A stretch of DNA of 64,000 bases from Leucoraja ocellata (Eukaryota), in assembly GCA_036785375.1 (NCBI GenBank), contig JAWMAR010000104.1, forward strand, positions 4,588,001 through 4,652,000. The letters run 5' to 3'. Position numbers and translations under genes: made by a program. Under the pieces are notes generated by a model that did not search any database, was not told the DNA's origin, and saw only the letters and a program-made list of their open reading frames with translations. Within the stretch, counting starts at the first letter, position 1, and the number at the start of each line of letters is the position of its first letter. Below are positions 55,051 to 64,000 of the stretch, in pieces.

Positions 55051-57105
55051 GTCAGAAATTTTACTTTTGCGCACATTCGAACCCAGTAGACAATGACGTA
55101 TATCGTGGAATGCCGCGACCTGCCCGGGCCCTCTCACGCACATATTTAATTGTCGACCCATCAGATTGTTCCTTTCCGCCTCTCCAGCTCCTCCTTCTGC
55201 CCATTATCCGCCACTACATCCTCTGTGATCTCCATGATCACCCCATCACCCCCACAATTAATAACACTCACCCACGAACCCTGCTCGCCTACACTTCTAT
55301 TTTTCTTTCTCACTTTACCTTGTTATCGGTTTCCATTATTTCATTCTTCTTTTACATCAATTAACTCCCGCCTTTGTGACCATCTCCATCCGCTGTTTTG
55401 CATACTCCAGATTCAATTAGGAAGAATGGATCGGTGACGCATCAGCGATAGGGAATGTGATTCACATTTTCAAGCTTCCATCATAAATCTTGAAAGTTTG
55501 GGCGATTGCGTTGTTCAGAGCTGCTCGTTGGTAGCAACGATTTGTCTTGCAAATGTTCTGTATAAAGCTCATTCGCTACCAAGCTTCAGGGCAGGAGTCC
55601 ATAATCATTTAGAGCTCAGCCTCTGTATACACGTGTCGGCGTTGTCTGCACAGTAAACCTCAATGACTGCGGATGGTGTGACCTAAATGGGGAGAGAATC
55701 CATAAATTGGATGTGTACAAAGGGACCTGGGAGTGCTAGTGCAGGATTGCATAAAACGTAATCTGCAAATCTAATTCATAGCAAAGAACGCAATCGCAAT
55801 GCTAGCCTTCATTTCGAGAGGGCTGGTATACAAAAACAAGGATGTAATGCTGAGGCTCTATCAGGCCGTATTTGGAATATTGTGAGCAATTTAGGGCACC
55901 GTATCTGAGGAAGAATGATCACAAGAATGCATAGTTTAACAGACGTTTAAGAAGGAACTGCAGACGCTGGAAAGTCGACGGTAGGCAAAACTGCTGGATA
56001 AACTCAGCGGGTGAGGCAGCAGCCTTAACATATGAGCGTTTTATGGCACTGGGCCTATATTCGCTGGAGTTTAGAAGAATGAGGGGGGGGGGGGGACCTT
56101 ATGGTAACGTACAGAATAGTGAAAGGCTTGTATAGAGTGGGTGTGGAGAGGATGTTTCCACTAGTGGGAGAGTCTAGGACTAGAGGTCATAGCCTCAGAA
56201 GCAAAAGACCTACCTTTAGAACGGAGAAGAGGAGGAATTTCTTTAGTCAGAGGGTGGTGAATCTGATGATTTTGTTTGCACCAGAAGGTGGTGGAGTCAA
56301 CGTCAGTGGATATATTTAAGGCAAAGATAGATTATTGATTAGTAAGGGTGCCAGAGGTTATGATGGTAAGGTAGGAGAGTGGGGGGGGGGGGGGGGGGGG
56401 GGGTAGCCTTGATGGATCGAATCGCCGAATTCTGCACCTATCACTTATGATCTTATGGTCTGCCAACCAACACTTCTTTTAGGGGTTTCCACTTCTATCG
56501 CCACTCTCATTCACCTCTTTCTACTAATCCTTTCATTCACCTCTTCTTCTAATATTCCCCTAGTCCAGTTTGGAGGAAGGGTCACGACCCTAAATGTTAT
56601 CAGTCCATAACCCTGCACATTTGATGGCACACCTGACGCGTTTCCCGCCCGCTCGTTTTCATTTGTACAATATTTTAGAATCCGCAATTTCTTGTGTTTC
56701 TGGTTTATTTTATATTTTAATTTGCGCCATCTACATTTATTATTTAGTTATTTGCTCTGTACTTTTCAGCACTCCATATGGAATATGCTGATAACGCAGT
56801 TTTTGATTCTTTATTTACTTTAAACATGTAAATGGATTCAGTATCCTGAATGTAATTGATCCTAAAGCGTCGTTCAATGATAGGCAATATGTCTTATTTC
56901 ACATTGACAGAATCCGCTCTCAGACGATGGGAATTTATTTGCTCAAAGTCATATATTTTTAACCATTACAACAAATGCATTATTTAAACAAAAGCGCAAA
57001 AATGCACAAACTGGGTATTTTCTTACATATCTCACTCACAAATGATTCACAAGCCCCGAGGTTAAAATAATCCCAAATAATATGCAATTTCTTTAAGATT
57101 ACGTA

Positions 57106-59487
57106 TCATTCGGCCTGAGGCGTGGGAGCACCACGTGGCTGCAAAAAGAGAAAATCACTTTTCGCTGACTCTGGAGACAGGCAGACCGAGTATTGACGCG
57201 GTTCCTGCACGCGGACAACCCGGCCTGTCCCAGGATAGCGTAAAGTTTCCTCCATCGCAGGTCTTCCTTCATACGTATCTTGCGAATCTCCACGATTGTA
57301 ACAATACCTGGGGGTGTTATACCCTTGGATAATACTTCTGTCCTGTTTACACTTGATCCCAATCAACAGAACGATGATCAGAAGAAAGACAACGGAAGTG
57401 CAACTGAAAATGATGATTAAATAAACATTTGGATCTGAGAAATATCTCGGATTTTTCACCAAGGTACTGCTTTCCGTGATTCCTTCAGTACTGTTCTCCA
57501 AAACTCTAATGTTCATTGTAACTGTACTGGACAGGCTTGGCTGCCCATTGTCCTTCACCAAGATGACCAGAGTGTGTACAGGAGTATCTGTCTGCAAAAT
57601 ACGGCGCGCTGTTCTGATTTCACCTGAATGTTTCGTAACGGTGAACAATGTGGGATCGGTAGATTTCACCACCTGATAAAAGATCCGTGCATTCTGACCA
57701 GAGTCTGCATCCGTTGCAATTATCTTGGCGACCAAGTACCCTTGACCCGCTGACCGGGGCAGGCCCTCCTCTGCTGCTGATCCACTCTGATATAAAGGCG
57801 AAACGATTAACGGCGCGTTGTCATTTTGATCCAGGACGATCACATTCACCGTGGCGCTGCTACTCAGCGGAGGCACCCCACCATCACGGGCTTGTACAAG
57901 GATCTGGAAGTTTTTGAGTTCCTCGTAGTCAAAGGATCGCAACGCATAAATGGTACCGTTCATGGAGTTAATGGCCAGGTAAGTGGACACTGGTAGATTT
58001 TGGATGAAATGGTCAACAAAAGAGTAAGAAACATAGGAATTCTGCTCCAGATCAGGATCTAGTGCTGTTAAAACGAAAATCGATGCGCCAGGTGCATTGT
58101 TCTCCATCACATACACGTTGTAGGTTGGTTCAGCAAACCGCGGGGCGTTATCGTTTACATCGGTTATTGTAATATGGATGGTTTTATTTGAGGACAGTGA
58201 AGGCGACCCCAAGTCCCGAGCTAGAATTGGTAATCGATATTCAGAAATCCCTTCACGGTCCAATGTTTCACTGGTAACCAATTTATAAAGGTTCGATGAT
58301 GTCTGTAGTCTAAAGGGGATATTCTTGGGTAACTCGTAGCGAACTTGACCGTTCTCCCCAGAATCACGATCCACAACATCAATGAAGGTTATGAATGTTC
58401 CAGGCGGTGCATTTTCCGGGATTTTGTTAGAAGCTGATGTCACCTTAATCTTCGGTGCGTTATCGTTCACGTCATTTACCTTGATCAGCAGGTTAGAATG
58501 TCCTGCCATTGCGGGTGAACCGTGGTCCACAGCTTGAATATCAAGAGAATAACTGTTTGTTTCTTCAAAATCCAAGGGCCCTTCAACTCGAACCTCCCCA
58601 CTGTCTGGATCTAAACAGAATAAATGACGCGCTTTTCGCAAATCAACATCACTAAAAGAATAAGTTATCTGAGCATTCAGTCCTTCATCCAAATCATTTG
58701 CTTTGACTTTCATCACCAAGGTACCATGTGGCGCGTCCTCGCTTACGCTGACCTTGTAAATATCACGATCAAACACCGGCGCGTTGTCATTAATGTCGAA
58801 CACAGTAACGAGAATCTGAGCTGTCCCTGTTCTCTGAGGAGTGCCACCGTCTATCGCTGTAAGCAAGAGCTGAAATGAAGATTGCAGCTCTCGGTCCAAA
58901 GGTTTATCTAACAGCAACTCTGGTATGAGAACATCGCTCTCGGTTCTGCGTGTTTTTATACTAAAATACTCGGTGAAACTGATCGTGTAGGCGGCGACGG
59001 TATTGATTCCAATGTCGGGATCTTCCGCCCTCTCGAGACGGAAATGTACCCCGGGCGCACTCGCTTCCGATATCTGTAAGGCGATGCTGCCATCTCCGAA
59101 AGTGGGGGAGTTATCGTTGACATCAAGAATCTCTAATTCCCCGCGGTACACCTCCGAGGGATTTACCACTGTTGTTTCAAAAGACACGGTACACATTTCT
59201 GCGTGTCTACAAATACGTTCCCTATCAATTATTTCACGAATAGATAATATTCCATTGTCCAAACTAACCTTCATGTACCGCCCACCGTCATCGGAGCTCA
59301 GTCTGAATTTGCGAGCTGACAATTGCCGTACATTCAGGCCCAAATCCTGAGCAATATTCCCAACAAATGCCCCTTGTTCCATTTCCTCGGGAATAGAATA
59401 ACGAATTTGCCCGGAAATTAGACCCTGTTCACATATCAGAAGCATGAATGCAAACACGTTAAAAGGAAAGCTCGGTAGGTTCGCCAT
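57106..59487 (-). CDS. Clustered protocadherin, 793 aa, intact
   Basis: MANLPSF start; six EC repeats, TM, tail ending PQAE*. Confidence 0.97.
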   Translation of the reverse strand: MANLPSFPFNVFAFMLLICEQGLISGQIRYSIPEEMEQGAFVGNIAQDLGLNVRQLSARKFRLSSDDGGRYMKVSLDNGILSIREIIDRERICRHAEMCTVSFETTVVNPSEVYRGELEILDVNDNSPTFGDGSIALQISEASAPGVHFRLERAEDPDIGINTVAAYTISFTEYFSIKTRRTESDVLIPELLLDKPLDRELQSSFQLLLTAIDGGTPQRTGTAQILVTVFDINDNAPVFDRDIYKVSVSEDAPHGTLVMKVKANDLDEGLNAQITYSFSDVDLRKARHLFCLDPDSGEVRVEGPLDFEETNSYSLDIQAVDHGSPAMAGHSNLLIKVNDVNDNAPKIKVTSASNKIPENAPPGTFITFIDVVDRDSGENGQVRYELPKNIPFRLQTSSNLYKLVTSETLDREGISEYRLPILARDLGSPSLSSNKTIHITITDVNDNAPRFAEPTYNVYVMENNAPGASIFVLTALDPDLEQNSYVSYSFVDHFIQNLPVSTYLAINSMNGTIYALRSFDYEELKNFQILVQARDGGVPPLSSSATVNVIVLDQNDNAPLIVSPLYQSGSAAEEGLPRSAGQGYLVAKIIATDADSGQNARIFYQVVKSTDPTLFTVTKHSGEIRTARRILQTDTPVHTLVILVKDNGQPSLSSTVTMNIRVLENSTEGITESSTLVKNPRYFSDPNVYLIIIFSCTSVVFLLIIVLLIGIKCKQDRSIIQGYNTPRYCYNRGDSQDTYEGRPAMEETLRYPGTGRVVRVQEPRQYSVCLSPESAKSDFLFLQPRGAPTPQAE

Positions 59488-59726
59488 TGTTCCGCATTCA
59501 ATTAATATTGAAAAGCAGGCGTCCTCGATTATTCGGTAAAACTGTTCTGTCCACGAAATAGAAACATATATATTCTAATTGCCTAGTTGAACCAGACAGG
59601 GGATGTATCCTCCGCAGCTTGATAACACGATAAAACGTAGCGACTGCCCGCCTTTCTCTTCGGGTCTGCCGTTTTTATTCTGGGATGTAGGAGGGGCAAT
59701 GGATCCATCTGTGGACTTCAGCTTCT

Positions 59727-59770
59727 CATTGGTAGACAGCGACACAGCCAGTTTTTTTCAGCAACTGCAG
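59727..59770 (-). promoter_or_regulatory. Protocadherin CSE
   Basis: CTGCAGTTG-N10-CTGGCTGTGTCGCTGTCTACCAATG. Confidence 0.85.
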
Positions 59771-60323
59771 CTACAATTCTTAAAGCTGTACAGTAGTCCT
59801 AAATACAGCGCCATGGAACGTATAATTGAACGCTGCAATTTTGTTTTCAGCATATATCTTCAAAGGTCCTAGTATGTGCGTTTACGGGGCAATTTGACCT
59901 GATATTTCACACAGAGTTTATGAATTTTTATTATTGATTCGTAAATAACTTCCAGCTTGCTAAATCATGTTATAGAGGTAAATCTTCAGGTGTTCCCCAT
60001 CACCACTCTTGCTGTTGACCGTGGAATTAATGGTTTCAGGAACAGTGTGTAATGGCTTAAAATAAATTAGTTCGAGATACTAAAAAAGGATGTACAGTTA
60101 CGGGACTGAGGTAGACGTGTTAAGTAATTGCGTAAAGAAGGATCCTCGGAAAGACCAAACATTGAAGACTATGTGCGTTTTTGTTCATTCGTGGGGAAAG
60201 CAAGGTGGAGACTAAAATGTAGTGCTACATTGGTCTACATTACATACTTTAAGATTCATTTGCGAACATCGAAATGGTGAATTGCCTAACGTTTTGTCGA
60301 CTCTTTTGTTTCGCGATTTGACT

Positions 60324-61606
60324 TAGTTTACTTTAGTGTCGAGATATAACGCGTAAAAAGGCCCTTTGGCTCACCAACACCGCGCTGACCCGTGATCCCT
60401 GCACACTAACACTATCCTACCCACACATTGGGGACAATGTACAATTTTACCAGGACAATTTGCCTACAAAACATTACGTCTTTTTAGTATGGAAGGAAAC
60501 CTGAGTGCCGGAGAAAACCTGCACAGGTCACGGCAAGTACGTACAAACTCTATACAGAGAGCACCCGTAGTGATGATCGAACTCGGGTCTCTGACGCTGT
60601 AAGGCTGCAACTCTACCGGTGCGTCACCGTGCCGCCCTGTATACTCGCTGTATAGATATAAAGGTCCCGGCTAATGTTAACAAATCAAATTTAATTACTA
60701 ATATCATTTTTTTCAGCAGTCGTTGATTTCTTGGATTGAATTAAGTTTGAAATGTGAAGAAACGCTAAAGACTGAGCACGACTGCGCAGATATATTCTTC
60801 AAATTACTCTGACTGCAGTGAGCCAACTTGGAATGGAAGCATGCGTTTATCGTGGTCAAATCGAACGTTAATATTCTTCCAAAGACACCTTACAGTGATC
60901 AAAGTGATGTAACATGCTGAAAATTTTAGGGATGGTCGGAGCTCCTGAGATTGAAATATCCAACAACTTATGTCCTTTAATATGTGATGTTTCAGGTCGG
61001 GACCATTCAACAGACAATATGAGGAAGAGTCCACACCCGAAGCGGCGCCTACCCAATTTCTTTCGGGATTTAGTGTCTTTCCTTGGTAAACCAGCATCCG
61101 CATTGCCTTGTTTACATCTTCTGTCATTATTCCCTGTATCCAGGATATGCTTAACGTGTTCTGACAGGAATCTGCTCTATTGGCCTTGTCGGTAGAGCCA
61201 CTGACGATATCCGCTGCTGTCCATCGAACATTCCTCGTGAAATTGAACGTATGAATGCACTAGAAATTCAAATGCTCGCTTCAAAATATCCTAGTGTTGT
61301 TTACACCGCCACCATTCAGCAATGTTTAGATTATGATTGATTCGGTCAAGGTTGCACAGAGGCAGAGTTGGAGCCTAACATGGAGTGTGTACATTCTCCC
61401 TGTGACCGCGTAGGTTTTCTCCGCCTGCTCCGGTTTCCTCGCGCATCCCAAAGACTTACTGGTTTAAAATTTAAATGGCTTCTGTAAAAAATGAAAAATG
61501 TCCCCCATGTGTAGGAGAGTGCCGGTGTACGGGGTGATCGATGGTCGGTGGGCTCGCTGGACCGAAGAGCCTGTTTCCACGCTGTATCTCGAAGCTTAAA
61601 CTAAAG
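60324..61606. mobile_element. Divergent V-SINE pair (minus ~60324-60637, plus ~61344-61606 with B box deleted)
   Basis: Paralogous to 38694-40115. Confidence 0.8.
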
Positions 61607-63731
61607 TCAGAAATGCGACTTTTGCGCACATTCGAACCCAGTAGACGATGACGTATATCGTGGAATGCCGCGATCTGCCCGGGTCCTCTCACGCATATAT
61701 TTTATTTCCACACCCCGTCGACCCGTCAGATTGTTCCTTTCCGTTTATACAGCCCCTCCTTCTGCCCATTATCCACTACTACATCCCCTGTGATCCCCAT
61801 GATCATCCCCCATCACCCCCACAATAAATAACACCCACTCACGAACCCTGCTCGCCTATATTTCTATATTGTCTTTCTCACTTTACCTTCGTGTCGGTTT
61901 CCATCATCTCATTCTTCTTTTTCATCAATTAACTCCCGCCTTTGTGACCATCTCCATCCGCTGTTTTGCATACTCCAGATTCAATTAGGAAGAATGGATC
62001 GGTGACGCATCTGCGATAGGGAATGTGATTCACATTTTCAAGCCTCCATTATAAATCTTGAAAGTTTGGGCGATTGCGTTGTACAGAGCTGCTCGTTGGT
62101 AGCAAAGATTTGTCTTACAAATGTTCTGTATAAAGCTCATTGGCAGTCAAGCTTCATGGCAGGAGTCCATAATCATTTGGTGCTCAGCCTCTGGATGCAT
62201 GTGTCGACGTTGTCTGCACAGTAAACCTCAATGACTGCGGTTGGTGTGACCTAAATGGGGGGGGGAGAATCCATAAATCGGATATGTACAAAGGGACTTG
62301 GAAGTGCTGGTGCAGGATTGCCTAAAACTTGATCTGCAAATCGAATTGGTAGTAAAGAAAGCAATCGCAATGCTAGCCTTCATTTCGAGAGGGCTAGTAT
62401 ACAAAAACAAGGATGTAATGCTGAGGCTCTATCAGGCGCTGATCAGGCCGTATTTGGAATATTGTGAGCAATTTTGGGCACCATATCTGAGGAAGGGTGT
62501 TGATGGCTCTTGTAAGGGCCCAAAGGAGGTTTACAAGAATGATCCCAGGAATGAGTAGGTTAACAGATCTTTAAGAAAGAACTGCAGACGCTGGAAAAAT
62601 CGAAGGCAGACAAAAATGCCGCTCAGTCGGTGAGGTAGCAGCCTTAACATATGATGAGCGTTTTATGGCGTTTTAGAAGAATAAGGGGGGGGGGGGGGGA
62701 CCTTATTGAAACGTACAGAATAGTGAAAGGCTTGGATTGTGTGGAAGTGGAGAGGATGTTTCCACTAGTGGGAGAGTCTAGGACTGGAGGTCATCGCCTC
62801 AGAATTATAAGACCTACCTTTAGAACGGAGACGAGGACGAATTGTCTTTAATCAGAGGGTGGTGAATCTGTGGATTTTGTTTGCCACAGAAGGCGGTGGA
62901 GTCATCGTCAGTGGATATATTTAAGGCAAAGATAGATAAATACTTGATTAGTAAGGGTGCCAGATGTTATGAGGAGAAGCAGGAGAAAGGGGTAAGGATG
63001 GAGAGATAGATCAGCCATGATTGAATTTGGGGGGAGGGGGGGGGGGAGGGGGGGTAGACCTGATGGATCGAATCGCCGAATTCTACACCAATCACTTATG
63101 ATCTTATGCTCTGCCAACCAACACTTCGTTTGCTGGTGTCCATTTCCATCGCCACTCTCATTCACCTCTTTCTACTAATCATTTCATTCACCTCTTCATC
63201 TAATGTTCCCCTAGTCCAGTTTGGAGGAAGGGCCACGACCCTAAACGTTATCTGTCCCTATCCCTGCACATTCGGTGGCACACCTGACGCGTTTCCCGCC
63301 CGCGTTTTAATTTTAATTTTATATTTTAATTTGCGCCATCTACATTTATTATTTAGTTATATGCTCTGTACTTTTCAGCACTCCATATGGAATATGCTGT
63401 TGACGAAGTTTTTGATTCTTTATTTACGTTAAACAAGTGAATGGATTCAGCATCTTGAATGTAATTGATCCCACAGCAATGTATATTTGTACGTCGTTCA
63501 ATGATAGGCAATATGACATATTTCACAGTTGACAGATTCTGCTCTCAGAAGATGGGAATTTATTTGCTAAAAGGTATATATTTTTTAACCATTACAACAA
63601 ATGCAAAATTTAGACAAAAGCGCAAAAATGCACAAACTGAATATTTTCTTAAATATCTCACTCACAAATGATTCACATGCCCCTAGATTAAAATGATCCC
63701 AAATAATATGCAACTTCTTTAAGGTTACGCA

Positions 63732-64000
63732 TCATTCGGCCTGAGACATGGGAGCACCGCATGGCTGCAAAAATAGAAAATCACTTTTCGCTGACTCTTT
63801 AGACAGGCAGACCGAGTATTGATGCGGTTCCGGCACGCGGACAACCCGGCCTGTCCCAGGATAGCGTAAAGTTTCCTCCATCGCAGGTCTTCCTTTATAC
63901 GTATCTTGCGAATCTCCACGATTGTAACAATAACTGGGGGTGTTATATCCTTGGATAATACTTCTGTCCTGTTTACACTTGATCCCAATCAACAGAACGA
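63732..64000 (-). CDS. Clustered protocadherin, 3' end only (TM end and tail)
   Basis: LIGIKCKQDRS...YSVCLSKESAKSDFLFLQPCGAPMSQAE*. Confidence 0.92.
   Translation of the reverse strand, partial: VLLIGIKCKQDRSIIQGYNTPSYCYNRGDSQDTYKGRPAMEETLRYPGTGRVVRVPEPHQYSVCLSKESAKSDFLFLQPCGAPMSQAE

Larger units (their letters stand above)
27000..64000. repeat. Recent tandem duplication array, unit ~6.5-8 kb (exon, promoter and shared TE-rich spacer)
   Basis: Spacer modules recur in the same order with very high similarity by eye after the exon starts at 36784, 46143, 52858 and 59487, and rearranged after 30048. Confidence 0.9.

Noticed and set aside
9704-63988. Recurrent short ORFs overlapping the Pcdh exons (MGSSVNRTEV..., MLLSVIPSVLFSK..., MIPMSGSSALSRR...)
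   Set aside because: These are alternative-frame or antisense shadows of paralogous coding sequence, mostly with non-ATG starts. Their recurrence is explained by exon duplication.
1-64000. CRISPR arrays, rRNA or prokaryotic systems
   Set aside because: No repeat-spacer arrays or rRNA-like sequence seen; the content is vertebrate.

Overview
Vertebrate genomic DNA; the V-SINE/HE1-type SINEs, CR1 LINEs and Penelope-like remnants suggest an elasmobranch such as a skate or ray (inference). The window is part of a clustered protocadherin array on the minus strand, with 11 large variable-type exons. Six are intact (~791-796 aa: signal peptide, six cadherin repeats, transmembrane helix, short tail). 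One is cut by a 200-N assembly gap, one carries many frameshifts, one has a single in-frame nonsense codon, and two are cut by the window edges. There is also a small relic fragment of a lost unit. Nine copies of the conserved promoter element (CSE: TGCAG module, CGCT box, CCAAT) precede the genes. All nine visible 3' ends have their own stop codon followed by AATAAA, with no canonical splice donor, so the genes look single-exon (Pcdh-beta-like). From ~27 kb onward the locus is a recent tandem array of ~6.5-8 kb units with mosaic exons. Two unexpected elements stand out. (1) A 137-bp TSD-flanked retroelement at 7431-7567 whose first 54 nt fold as a minimal HDV/CPEB3-like self-cleaving ribozyme. 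(2) A 1.2-kb element with 21-bp terminal inverted repeats at 24145-25366 that carries a decayed ZFP36/TIS11-family gene copy. Repeat boundaries are approximate unless a TSD or TIR is quoted.
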